From NCBI GenBank assembly GCA_036785375.1, contig JAWMAR010000085.1:4774001-4838000 (forward strand): DNA of 64,000 nt, written 5' to 3'. The notes under the pieces were generated by a model. It saw nothing but the letters and a program-made list of their open reading frames with translations. It was not told the DNA's origin and searched no databases. Every line of letters starts with the position of its first letter. Within the stretch, counting starts at the first letter, position 1. The translations under genes and the position numbers were made by a program. Positions 24,229-37,929 of the stretch are shown here, piece by piece. This DNA comes from Leucoraja ocellata (taxonomy: Eukaryota).

Positions 24229-27200
24229 CAGAGACAGAAACCGCTGTCAAAACATGGAGGAGACCAGGGGACAGGGGGGACACAATTTCTTGGCGGCCGC
24301 GTGCGCATGCGTACACTCAAACACACACACACACGAGGCATCGGAAGATTCAGCCGTGCGCCCTGTGAACGGTAATTAGCTCAGGATTCTTCCAGTTTCC
24401 AGCCCTGTGACGTGGATGCTTCTACTACGGGGCCATTACCGTTAGAATTAGTCAATTACTGCAGATCTGTACCACAGATTAAAAAAAAAAAATGAAAATC
24501 ATGCTGGACAACATAATATAGGATAGGACACTTTCAAGCTGCTTGTCCTGTCGTATATTATGTTGTCCACTGTCCAACATGATGTCCAGTGTTTTTTTAA
24601 ATCTGTGGAACTCGTGGACGCAACTTAGCGACTCGTGGCGCCAATGGCAGGTACCCGGGAAATTTGTTAACTCTTGAAAAACTTTAAACATGTTTAAAGA
24701 TTTCCACGAGTCAAATTTACTCTTGAAGTTAAAATTTGAAACATTCAAACTCGTAAGAACGTAGTGGCCCGTGAGTTTACCGTAGTGACTCGTGAGTCTA
24801 CCGTGGGTTAGGCCTGAGTGCTAGAAGCGAAATGTTGAAGATTAATCATCTCCGGAGAACTTGGATAGGTGACGTTTCGGGTCGGGACCCTTCTTCAAAG
24901 TTTAGACCCTTCTTTCACCCGAAACGTCACCTGTCCATGGTCTCCACAGATACTGCCTGACGTGTTGAGTTACTCCAGCACTTTGTATTTTTTCGTAAAC
25001 CAGCTTCTGTAGTTCCTTGTGTTCCAAAATGTAATGCTTTATAAATGTCCAGAGATGCTGCCAGTCCCGCGGAGTTACTCCAGCACTTTGCGTCTGTCTC
25101 CCTGGAGACCTCGTTTCCCACGCAATGTGACATCTACCATGCTTACATTGCCGGTTACACAAAAAAGCTGGAGAAACTCAGCGGGTGCAGCAGCATCTAT
25201 GGAGCGAAGGAAATAGGCAATGTTTCGGGCCGAAACCCTTCTTCAGATGGGCTTACATTGCCAACTGGTGTTTTGGCAGCAGCAACATAATCTCCCGGTT
25301 AGTACACTCAGTGTTGCTGAGGCCTAGTTTATGTAGAGACAAGAAACTGCAGATGCTGGAATCATGATCATAAAACACACACAATGTGTTGGAGGAACTC
25401 ACACAGCGCTGGAGTAACTCAGCGGGACAGGCAGCATCAGCGGAGGGAGTGGACAGACGTTTATTTCGCTCGATCCGAAACGTTGCCTATCCATTTTCTC
25501 CACAGATGCTCCCTGACCCGCTGGCTTACTTCGACACTTCGTGAGTTCATTTCATAGGAGCAGAATTAGGCCGTTCGGCCCATCGAGTTGCTCCAACACT
25601 TTGTGTTTCGCTCAACATGCCAGCATCTGTGGTCCCACTTGTCTCCATTTGACAGCTGAAGAACTCAGTGGGTCATGGAGTCTGAAGAAGGATCCTGACC
25701 CAAAACCTCGCCTGCCTGTTTCCTTCCACCGATTTCATGTGGTCACTTTTCGATAAAACCCCACCGCCCCAGTTATTCCAAGTCCATTTAATTCCGCGTG
25801 TCTCCATTTCATTCATTAAGTCACCGGTACTGTCACATCGTTCGTTTTCGGCCAATACAACGCATGAAGGGCGACGATAGACACAAAAAGCTGGAGTAAC
25901 TCAGCGGGACATGCAACATCTCTGGAGAGAAGGAATGGGTGATGTTTCGGGTCGAGACTCTTCGACAGACTGCTAAGGGAAACGAAAGATATAGATGATG
26001 ATGTATTGTAGAGAGATAAAGAACAATGAATGCAAAAATGTTACGATGATAAAGGAAACAGACCATTGTTCGCTGTTCGTTGGGTGAAAACGAGCAGCTG
26101 GTGCGACTTGGGTGGAGGAGGGATAGACAGGAAGGGAATGCCGGGGTTACTTGAAGTGAGAGAAATCAAAATTCATACCACTGGGCTGTAAGCTGCCCAA
26201 GCGAAATATGAAATGATGTTCCTTCAATTTGTATTTAGCCTCACTCTGACTGGAGGAGACATCGGACAGAAAGGTCAATGTGGGAATGGAAAGTGTTTGG
26301 CAACCGGGTGATCAGGTAGGTCCAGGTAGCAACTGGTAGAGTTGCGAACCAAAACGTCACCCATTCCTTCTCTCCAGAGATGCTGTCTGACCCTCTGAGT
26401 TATTTCAGCTTTTGGTGTCTATCGTCGAGGTAAACCAGCATCTGCAGTTCATTCCTACACAATAGAACAGTACGAGGAGCGGTTAATGTTATAGGCTGCT
26501 CACTAACCTCACTCTGTTTACATCGTCCTCTCTAGCAATGAATAAATATCATTCGGTTACCGTATTATTGACTACAACTGCCCGTCTGGATGCCTTCTCT
26601 TCAAACATCTCCGCATTGGACCGTCAGACATTTCAATGTTCACAAATCAGCCTCCAAAGTTCAAATGATAATTGTGCCCGCGCCTGACATTTTTAAATGC
26701 ATCTCCCGTTAATTTTATTCAAAGGAACGCATCATACTTGAAGCAAGGTCAGTTCACACAATTATATTATGGGGATTAATGAATGGATTTCGGTGCAGCA
26801 AACAACAGTGACAGTTAACACATCGTTTACGTGAACTGACCTTGCTTCAAATATTTTATGTTCCTTTGAATAAAATTAACAGGAGATAGACAATAGACAA
26901 TGTCATTAAAACTCAGATGCATTTAAAACTCCATTCCATTCCCCTGACATGAAAACAATGTGACACAATTAAGGATGCAGGAATGGGATAGCAGTTAACA
27001 GTCACATAGACAGTTAGCACATCGTTTTTTTTGAGTCCGAAAAATGCAGTGATGAACGAACGACTCGAATCGAACGTTTCGACTCGAAACAAACGACTAC
27101 TTATCAAACCCGACATACCTTGCCAAGCTTGTAACGTGAGGGGGACCGTTCGCTGGACGCTCACATCTGCTCTAAATGCCGAAGGGCCTTGTTCTATTTC

Positions 27201-28415
27201 GGATTAGCAACTAGGTATTGCTGGAATCCATGTCAATGGATGTGGATATGGAGAAACAGCAGCGAGAAGACGGAGCCACTTTTAACTCCATAAAATCATC
27301 ACATTTCAGTTAGGGGTATAGAGACTCAGCGAATCCTCTATACGCCGGTCTGAAATGACACGATTAGTAATTAGTAACTGAGAAGCAAATCACTTTGTGC
27401 GTATTGAGCAATGTATTGAATTACGGAGTCAGTTTGCTTTTCAAAATATTGATATAAAATCCCCCACATAAAAACTTGACTTGCAATGCATTGTGCGCAT
27501 TTTTTTTACCCTTCCATCACCAACCCTTTCTCGCACACACACCCACACACGCATTTATCTTGCAGATCAAGGGGTAGACTTCGTAATGAAATTTGATTTT
27601 CAAACACAAAACAATTCTCTGGTTCAGTTAGCTCCGCGGTGACGACAAGGTGATAATAGAACAATATGTAGCTGGCAAGTTGGGTTGAGAATTTCACTAT
27701 AACGTGTTTGACAACCTACCCATTGAAATTTAAAACTACATATTACAAGGTGGCATTACGTATTGACGAGATTTTCTTACAATAATGAGGCATTTTAAAA
27801 TGACATTATTATTCCGGGGAAATAACTGTTCAGAAGTGACCGAATAAGGGACCGCTCACCAAATTTAAATAGACACTAATATTCAGCATGCTCTGGTTCA
27901 CGCCCTGTCGGGCAATCAAGGGGAAATAACTGTTCAGTGTGCTCTAGTAAAGAACAAGGAAACACTTCCCACACATTGAGCGGATGCACAGTGAGATTCT
28001 AGCTGAGATTCTAGCTGTGTTGATTTGGGTCACGCCACAGGCATAAACTGGTATGGTTTCCGATTCATGTATTCCTGTCCCGTACTAAAACGATGACACT
28101 CAAGCACAAAATGTCATTAAAACTCAGACGCGTCGAGGCATTTAACACTCCATTCCATTCCTCTGACACGAAAACAATGTGACACAATTAAGGATGCAGG
28201 AATGGGATAGCAGTTAACAGTCACACAGACAGTTAGCACATAGTTTTTTTGAGTCAGAAAAATGCAGTGATGAACGAACGACTCGAATCGAACGTCTCGA
28301 CTCGAAACGAACGACTACTTATCAAACCCGACATACCTTACATAGCTTGTCCCCCACCTCTGAAAACATGGAGGGGACACATCCCCTCTGGCCCCCCCAG
28401 GGTTTTCCGCCAATG
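24229..28415. mobile_element. Non-autonomous hAT-type DNA transposon with nested insertions
   Basis: Exact 8-bp TSD TGACCATC (24221-24228 and 28416-28423); imperfect TIRs CAGAGACAGAAACCGCTG / CATTGGCGGAAAACCCTG. Confidence 0.8.
24840..26460. mobile_element. Cluster of nested PLE-derived fragments, including a GIY-YIG C-terminus (26148-26330, minus)
   Basis: Repeated GCTGGAGTAACTCAGCGGG / CTGAAGAAGGG...GAAACGT modules; translation QSEAKYKLKEHHFIFRLGSLQPSGMNFDFSHFK*; 12-bp TSD GCTTACATTGCC around the copy at ~25153-25250. Confidence 0.8.
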
Positions 28416-30499
28416 TGACCATCCTATAGCAGCAGCTAATGAGTAGTATGGATGACACGTAGCACAATTGCAGGATTAAAAGGATCTGGCAGCACAATAT
28501 TACGTACTGCCAAGCCAACAGAAAAGGTATGTACAATACCCTGCTTGCTGCATGCCCAATGCTGTGTGCAATTGCACTTCTAGGATCAAATGTTTTGGAG
28601 TTAATTCAATCAGGTAATTTAATACTAGCTTTTAAGTGATAGTTGTATAGCGCTCAATGTTTGGTGTCCCCTGAAATGTTTGACATCTTCCGAAATTATT
28701 GCATTGATGCTTCGACATTACCTTCAGATACCCATTATTAGACAACATTTGAACAGTTTTGAGCCCTGAATAATCTAATTACTGACATTAACAAAGTAAC
28801 TTTACTAATGCTTAGATGGCATGTAGCCTCATCTAGTGGCATTGTGGGGTCATAAAACCACCCCTTCAATGTAAGAATGGTGGCATTTCCTTAATTCTCA
28901 TTCAGGAAGCATTATTAGAGAATAACTCTTCCGCTGAAATCTAATCTGTTGCATTTTATTGCAAAACAAATCCATTTTCTTTTAAGATCCCTGATATGAA
29001 TTACATACCTTTTATTTCCAGGTGACTGAAGGATCGAATAAGGCCTTTTTGTACATCACTGGAAGGAAAATTCAAAGACCAAGCTGACTCTGAGATTCTA
29101 AAGCAGTCATTTTATATTACAGTGGTATTGTTGACATAAGTGCTGGTATTGTAACATAAACAGAGGACATTTTAAGACAGCATGATAAATAAATTGCTAA
29201 TTCTCTCAAAATAATTTCAAAATAATTATATTTGTCTTTGCAACTTATTAATCACAAAATTAAAGCGTTAATTAAAAACCTAATTAAATAATTGAAAGCA
29301 AAATCAAAGCATGAAATAAAATGTTTTTGAACTCGCTCATGGCCCAATTTCTATTCTTGACGTTGAGTATCAATGTTTTAATGGGAATTGTTTTTTGGTT
29401 TTAGTTTAAGAATTTCCCTCAGATTGGTCTGCGGTGAAGAGACTTTTCGACTCTTAACTCTTATCCCAAACCGCTCAACTGATCACTGAGCTGATACCGT
29501 CCTACCAACTGACACCGCCCAACTGATCACTGAGCTGTCACTCCCTGTCCACTGCTTGTCCAACATTTGCCCTCACCACTTAACCAATTCTAATCCCGAC
29601 CTCCTGATCTGATCCTGTCTCAACACCCCGAACAATATTCTTCACTAACGTCCACAATCCTGTCATCTGATTGCAACTACCGCTGATGACCCTATCTGAT
29701 CCTCAGATTGATATATCACTTGCAATTCCTGGACATCCCTCACCCTGTGACACACATAACAGGGACTTATCTATTCTACATAGATGAGGCATATGATGGA
29801 AATATCTTTAAAAGCACAAAATAAATTCAGTGCTGCTTTAATCTTCAACTGAATATTGCTGAATCCGAAATAAGTCATTCTTCCCAGTTTCTGGGCACCT
29901 ACATTTTCCTTATGGTAAATATTTTAATTATATTTTTATTTATGTTAGCAATAAAAGTTTTGCTAATTCCAACTTGCCTTTGACCTTGTTATACTTATAT
30001 AGTATAGTTGCTTAATTCAGATCATAATGGTTAGTCAAGATCATGAAGCTCAGTCAATGACAAATATACTATGTGGGGTTTGTGAGCTATTAGCAAACTC
30101 CAACACATATGTGCAGTTAACTGTGAAAATCAAATGTTGCTGACTAAAATGTATTCCTCCTCTGAAAAATGTCAAAAAGCCACATCATTCAACCTATGAT
30201 CAGCATGGTTCCTACAATGAGTCATAACTTCGAACTAAGTTCACTAGAAGCTTGTTTTGGCCAGTTATTTGCCTATGAGCCTCAACTTAAAGAGGTCTTA
30301 GACACTGACAAATTACATTTGTTGCAGTAAGTGTTAATGGGAGGAGAAGACTTCAAGATCATCGCTATATTCAATGATGGCAGGACATACAACAATGATG
30401 CTAAAGACAAGCAGTAGCAACCATGTTCAATCAGAAGTGCTGAAAGGATGATATATCTCAATTTCTTCTGAGATTCATTCCCACAGGTTTGGTGGATCA

Positions 30500-30960
30500 A
30501 TGGCAGATGGAATTTAACCCGATAACTGCAAAGTGATGCATTTTAGAAAGTCTGATCAGAGTAGGACATATATCATGAATGGAAGAGTAAAAGGCAGTTT
30601 CGAATAACAGAAGAACCTTAGTGAAAAGTCCACAGATCCCTCAGGTGGCAACACAGGTAGATAAGGTGGTAAAGAAGGCATATGGCCATAAAGCTGGCCA
30701 TCATTAGCCAGTGTAAAGAATACAATAGCATGGATATCATGGGACAATATTGTAAAACTCTGGTGATGCCTCAGTGGAAATATTGTCTGTCGCTCTGATT
30801 ATCACAAAACACTTGAACACACCAGAGGAGCTTCAAAGGATGTCTCGATTTTCTCCACGGTTGGAAAGTTTCAGCAAGGTAGGAGGAACTGGAAAGACAG
30901 GATTTATTCCCCCTGGGGCAAAGTAGGCTGAAGGAGTCTGAATGTATGGAAAGATGCTCG
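30500..30960 (+). mobile_element. Degenerate CR1 ORF2 fragment
   Basis: WQMEFNPDNCKVMHF-like, VDKVVKKAY and YCKTLVMPQWKYC remnants. Confidence 0.7.
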
Positions 30961-31029
30961 AAATTTGAAGTAAAAACTGAAAATGCTGGAAATACTTATT
31001 GCCACTTAAACGTCTTTTTTTCTGCTTTA

Positions 31030-31726
31030 AAGGTTTCAAAGGTCTTTTATTGTCACATGTATCAATTAAAGTACAGTGATATGCAAATTACAATACAGCC
31101 ATACTAAAAAATCAATGAAACACACAATTACATAAAAGTTATCATAAACATCCACCACAGCAGATTCCCCACGTTCCTCACTGTGATGGAAGGCAATAAG
31201 GTCCAATCTTCTTCCCTCATTTTTCTCCCACGGTTGGGGCAGTCGAACCATTCATTGGGGCGATCGAAGCTCCCGCAGCCAGCCATCAAAGCACCCACGT
31301 CAGGGCGATCGAAGCTCCCGTGTTGGGGCTGTCCAAGCTTGGTGTTCCCAAAGTCGTTCTCTGACCAGAGACCATGAGCTCCACGATGTTAAAGTCCGCA
31401 GGCACCCGCGGTAGAGCTCTGAGGTCGATTCCTGGCAAAGGGATCACAAGCACCGCAATGTTAAAGTCCCGCAGTGGAGCTCTCAAAATCGGTCTCTCGC
31501 AGCCGCCAACTCCTCGATGTTAGGCTGCAGTGCAGATGGAGATACGATACAGAAAAAAAGAATCGCATCTCCGTCGATGTAAGAGATTAGAAAAAGTTTC
31601 CCCACCCCACACATAAAAACAAGCTAAAGAACACTAAAAACATCCATTTAACACATACTAAAAAAACAACAAAGAAGAAAGGGACAGACAGACTGTTGGC
31701 GAGGCAGCCATTGCTGGCGCCACAAG
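31030..31726 (-). mobile_element. Non-coding Rex/LINE-tail-bearing SINE-like element
   Basis: Starts GTGGCGCCAGCAATGGCTGCC, has internal GC-rich sub-repeats, and ends AATAAAAGACCTTTGAAACCTT; 3' part similar to 2064-2290. Confidence 0.6.
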
Positions 31727-33765
31727 GTGCTTGATTAGACATGGAATTAATAATTCTAATTTAGTTCAGATTCTGCGCTGTTTATTAATAAGACCAGTAT
31801 GGTTGTTCGTAGATGAAATCAGTTGTCTTTCCTAATCACACAGATACTGATGACTTGAAAAGAACAGTGATTTAGAGCTCCAACTTAGAAAACCTCTTTG
31901 CGGAAAAGGCAACATAAATAATTGTACTTGGTAAGTTTAACAATGAGCCCATTATTCTGATAAATAGCCAATTAATTTTCTGCAAGTAAGCATTTGAAAA
32001 TGTACTTGTATCAATCTAAAATTAGAGTTAATAGTTCCAAAGAAGAGGTGAACATACAAATGGTAATTGATGTAAACTAGCTAATCGCAAAGTGCACCCG
32101 TCTGGAGTGAATCCTTGATTTTAGTTCCTTTACCCACTTTGAAATATCATATCTTAATTGAAGAGCTATGCACTGCACTGCATTATCATACCTCGTCATC
32201 TTCAACCTCTATACCCTTTGACACTCTACTGTGCCATCAACACTTCTTCTCTCCTCCAGCATTCAGATTAGTCGGCTCCACTCAATCCCTAACTTGCGTT
32301 CACTGTTCAAAAACAATTCATATTTAAATTGAAGGACTGGAATATTGAAAGTCCTGGTATGCCTGCTCTTTTCAGTTTTCAATCCAACTGCAAAAAGTTC
32401 AATTCTCACTAAATCAAGCACAAGAGGGGAGACAAAAACATTAATTTCACTAATTAGCAAATTCAAACTACTAGACAAGGTGTGAAAAGAAATCAGCTTC
32501 TTGGAACTGTGAGGATATCAAAAGGTCAATTCATTGTGGAGTAATTGTCATGACCAGCCACACATGGTCTAGCCATACGGGACAAGGTAGATGAGCAATG
32601 CAAAGACTTTAAAAGACTCACTAAGGAAGAACAATAATTACAGGTCCTTCGGGGTAAATGCCTGATTTATGGCTAGCCCATATACATGAAGGAGCATCTT
32701 GGAGACTGGTGGAATGGATTTCCCAGCTGCTGCAGTGCTACATGCATCTTCTATTGTGTGTGGCCCCGGCATATTGCAGAGATATCTGAATGGTTGAGTT
32801 AAACACTCTAGTTTAACTACACTTTTCCCTTAACCATGATCTATGTTTCAATTTAAAAATATTGCCTGTTGGCCAGCATTTTCAATTAACAAACTGTTCA
32901 GACGATAAACAGTTATCAGAAACAGAACTCTGTTGTAACTTGGGGAAGATCTGTGATAAAGAAAAGAGCAGGCATGGCTCATAAACACATATATATTCCA
33001 CTTTGGCAGCAATACAAGCATAGAGTTATCAGCACAATTTGATTCAAATGTGATGTGACAATTTAAAATTAATGTTCAAATGGTTTACAAATAATGCATA
33101 TTACAACATATGTGGCCCACTCATTTGTAATGAAAAAAACATAATTGTAGGAAATAGAGAAGGGGGCATTGTATGGATAAGGGATTGCATTTTATGTCAT
33201 AGAATCATGTTCAGAGTAACAGCATTAAAATGAGTTATTCGCCCGCCAAGTCTATGTCATCTATCAATCACATACTTACACTAATGCCATACCAATTCTA
33301 ATTAATCCTCTCCACATTGCCATAAACTGTCCCAGTTTTTACCAGAGGCAATACACAAAGGCGAAATAATCTACCAACTCATAAATCTTTGGGTGTGAAA
33401 GTATCTGGAGCACCCAGAGGAAACACATGCTTGATTTTTTGTTCTATAGTGGTCATAATTCCCAAGATCTTTTGATGAAAATCATGTGAATAAATATTTC
33501 ATTCACTAGCTTTGAAATGCACAGTAGCACATGTAAAGTGATTTCTGTATCGCACCTATCCAAACAATTATGTTCACACATCTTTCCTTATCAGCAGTAT
33601 TTTCTCAAATAAACTACTAAATAATGGAGTTCGAATGCTCTTTCATGAAGTAGAATTGCTGAAGCAATTACTGAACATTAACAATATTGTTGGTTATTAA
33701 CTTATTAACAACACTGATTAAAGGGGCAGTGGGAGCATGGATACAAAATTAGCTGAGCAATATTA

Positions 33766-34455
33766 ACTGAAAGTAAGCATGCAGGTACAGCAGGCAGTGA
33801 AGAAAGCGAATGGCATGTTAGCCTGTATAACAAGAGGAGTTTGGTATAGGAGCAAAGAGGTCCTTCTGCAGTTGTACAGGGTCCTAGTGAGACCACACCT
33901 GGAGTATTGTGTGCAGTTTTGGTCTCCAAATTTGAGGAAGGACATTCTTTCTATTGAGGGAGTGCAGCATAGGTTCACGATAGGTTAATTCCCAGGATGG
34001 CGGGACTGTCATATGTTGATAGAATTGAATGACTCGGCTTGTATACACTGGAATTTAGAATGATGAGAGGGGATATTGAAACATGTAAGATCATTAAGGG
34101 ATTGCACACGTTAGAGGCAGGAAACATGTTCCCGATGTTTTGGGGGGGGGGGGGTTGCAGAATCAGGGGCCACCGTTTATGAATAAGGTCATTTAGAACG
34201 GAGATGAGGAAAAACTTTTTCACCCAGAGAATTGTGAATCTGTGGAAATCTCTGCCTCAGAAGGCAGTGGAGGCTAATTCTCTGGATGCTTTCAAGAGGG
34301 AGATAGAGCTCTTAAAGATAGTGTAGTCAAGGGATATGGGGAGAAGGCAGGAACGGGGCACTGATTGTGGATGATCAGCCATGATCACAGTGAATGGTGG
34401 TGCTGGCTCGAAGGGAGGAATGGCCTACTCCTGCACCTATTGTCTTTTGTCTATC
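33766..34455 (+). mobile_element. CR1 LINE 3' fragment
   Basis: QVQQAVKKANGMLA...LVRPHLEYCVQFWSP; CR1 3' UTR and (TTGTCTA)-like tail. Confidence 0.92.
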
Positions 34456-34489
34456 GTCTAAAAATAGTGTTGTTGTGAATAACTTTTCG

Positions 34490-35050
34490 GAAATGGTGTT
34501 CTCCAGGGATAAATATTAGCATAATTGTTTGTTGCATTACTGATCTGGAGATATGTAAAGTGCAGCTAATGAAATGAAATTGGAAAGGTGCTAACCAATT
34601 AGGCACACAGTATACAAATTTCAAAACATAGACAGATTGGTGAAATGGCCAGATAGATACATGCCAAATGAGGTTTAATACAGAAAAATGTGAAAACATA
34701 TTTTGATACAAAAACTGAGGAACAGAACAAATTAAAATCCGAGTGTAGGAACAGAGCGAACAGAATACTAAGAGAATATATACGATATTTGAAATGGACA
34801 GAACAATTTGAGGCAGCAGACACTGAAAATCATTTTGGATCCCTGGCATTTCAGATAAAAAAGAAATCAAAGTCCTTGTAGATGGTGTAGAACAAGATTA
34901 CAGGAATGGTACTACATATATGACTTGAGAAGCAGGATTTATTTTTTCTGGAGTACTGAAGATTAACAGGAAATTGACTGAGATGCTTCAAAACATGAAT
35001 GGCATTCAGTGAGTAAATAAAAAACAGTTCCAATGGCAACACGTCTGTTT
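34490..35050 (+). mobile_element. Old degenerate CR1 fragment
   Basis: Decayed W..CQMRFNTEKCE and MELVHI*LEK remnants. Confidence 0.55.
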
Positions 35051-35344
35051 CTGTCAGCAGTTATCTGAATCTTTGCCCTTTGGTTACCAACCTTGAAAAA
35101 CACAGCAATCCCAAATCAAAATGCTCTACAGGACAATGAACCATTTAAACAGGAAAACAAAACATTTGCTCCAAAAGATGATATAAGTCCAATGTAGAAA
35201 TAATGGCAGAGTTCCCCAAAAGGCGATTTTCTCCCTGTTTATGTGCTGTAGAATTATGTTGTAAATTTCATTATTCTAATACATTTTTTTCAAGGAGGTC
35301 AAAATTATAGAACTTCCCCTCCAGCTGCAATTCGTGTGTATGGC

Positions 35345-36480
35345 GTCATAGCCTGTGAACAGATCCTTCAGCCCACCTTGTATCTGTTGACCATTCTTGG
35401 CTAATCCCATAACCATTTGCCCGCATTTGGCCAATAGCCCTCTGAACCATTCCCATTCATATATCTGTCCAAATGACTTTTCAAACTTGTAATTGTATCA
35501 GTTTCAATATCTTCCTCTGGCAGCTCATTCCAGATACTGTCTACCCTCTGAGTGAAAATGTTACCCCTAAGATTCTCATTAAATCTCTCCCGCTCTCCTC
35601 AAGCCTATGTCCTTAAGTTTTAGAATCCTCTACCCTGGGAAAAAGACTGAGTGTTCATTTTATCCATGCACCTCATGATTTTGTATACTTAATAAAGTCA
35701 CTCCTTAGCCTCATAAGCTCCAAAGAAACAAGTTCCAGCTTCTCCCTATAATGCAAGCGCAAAAGTTCGGATAACACCTGGGTGAATCTTTTTCGCACCA
35801 TTTCCAACAAAACCACATCCTTCCTTTACCTGGACGAACGGACTGCACATGGTACTCTAAGCGTGGTCTCACCATGAACCATCATAATGATGTCTAAACT
35901 TGTGAATGAAGGCAAGCATGCCAAATGCCTTCTTCACCACACTATCCATCTGGCTTGCCACTTTCAGAGAACCATGTAACTGTACTCCCAGATCTCTCCA
36001 TTCCACAAAACTCCAGTATACCATTTTCTGTGTAAGTCGTGCCTTGGTTTGCAATAGTGAAGTGCAATACCTCACACTTGTCAGAGTTAAATTCCATTTG
36101 CCATTCCTTGGCCCCATTGCACAACTGATCTAAATTCTACTGTAACCTTGACATCCTTCCTCACTGTCCACCAAACCAATGATTTTCAGATTCCTGCACT
36201 CTGCCAACTCCCTTTATCATTCCTAGTGGTCACCCATCTACTTTCCGCCTGCATCTTAAGTGTAACCACCTCCCTAAAACTCCTATCTCAGCTTTTCAGA
36301 TGAACCTAAGGCCGTCCAGCTGCAGCTCCAGTTCCTCATTGCATCAGCCAGAAGCTGCAGATAGGCACACCTCCCACAGATGTAGTCCTCAGGCTCACTG
36401 GAAATTTCCCTGATTTCCCACATCCTACAGGTCAAGCTTATCACTTGGCATCTCTACTGCACCAATACCAAAGGAGAAAG
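35345..36480 (-). mobile_element. Internally deleted CR1 (ORF1 start joined to ORF2 3' part)
   Basis: 36300-36430 reads CRMWEIREISSEPEDYICGRC (CR1 ORF1 zinc-finger start); 35345-36180 has WQMEFNSDKCEVLHF and the 3' end. Confidence 0.75.
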
Positions 36481-37929
36481 TTGAAAAAGGGAAGTTTGGG
36501 GATTAGTTAAATGAAAACACGGTTACCCCAGGCTAGTCCCCTAGAGCATATTACTGTTTCTAATCACATGACCTGCTAACATCTTTGGCTCATCTGAGAA
36601 TTGACAAATCTTAACACAATTATGTTTACTCGTTTAGTGGTTGTACCTGTAAGTTTCAGAATTAAGAAAGTTATCTTAACGACTAAATTACTGATTCCAT
36701 ATCAAGAACAATGCAAAATAATTACATACAAGATCAATTGTTAGGAATATATTGAAGGAATATTTAATAAAGCATTTGGCGGAAGCATGAATGATTATTC
36801 AGTATAATCTGAATGTGTTAGTTCATATATGTGATTTTTTTTTCCCAACATATTTATTTTAAAAGCATTTTTTCAATATTATTTTATCCCTATCTGGAAG
36901 TCATGTAAATATTAAACACAATTCCCGTACTTGCATAAATAACGTAGTATATTCCTGGGAAATATTTACGTTGATTTGGTGAACCTTGAATTGTAGGATA
37001 GCGTTTATTGAAGTTAAGATTAGCTCTTCTGTGAATGTTCTAACAAATTAGAACCCTGAGTTTGGTGAGCCTGAATTGCAATTACAGGATTTCTCTGTGT
37101 ACCATAATATGATGAAAAATGATTAAAGGCATACTTTTAAAATATAATTTTCATTTCTCGTGTAATGAAGGATGTGTATTGCCAATATTGGACAGTATAA
37201 AGCACAACAATTTTGCTCGCCTAATATAAAATTGCAGGAGCGGACTGTCATCATGTTGAAATGATAGTTCTTGGACAAATCTGTGCTAGTTATGGCTGCC
37301 TGTTCTGAGACATTCAACTCTTTTTATCACCTAGGTTCGCTGGGGAATTCCTTTCCCTGATCCTCTGCCAATAGGAATTAATGTCAGACTAGTAAACCCA
37401 ATTATTCCAATGGAAATCCTTAGCCTGGAGAAGGTGAAGGATGAATGCTTTTTAAAATATTTATTTCAGTTTGTTTTAATGTTTTTTATTGGTTTGTGTA
37501 CAAAATTTGCAGCAGTATATAAAATCTCTTCCTATCACCAATAACTTCTGTGACTAGATTTTTTTTAATTACTTCTGTTACATGATTATACACTGGGCTG
37601 TTTCTAATCTCACATTGTCTGCTTTACACATTTCTCCAAGCTAGCTGTCTACAAGCTCTTCCATAATTTGCTTTGCTAGCTGGGGGAGTTTTAAGTTTGA
37701 GAGGCTGCAGATGCAAGCAGGTACATTGTATCAGTCTGCACATAAACACTTGTGAGTCTGTATCAGTGCTGATAACATACCAGTTGAATATTATGACATT
37801 GTTTTCTTAGGCATTGATTATTGTAAATGTACAAGGCGGTGAAAAAAACAGAAGTTTTAGTATATAAACGAGTTGCTTTTCCCATTACTGAGAGACAGTA
37901 TATTTCATCCCTTTAGGTACTTCAAACTG

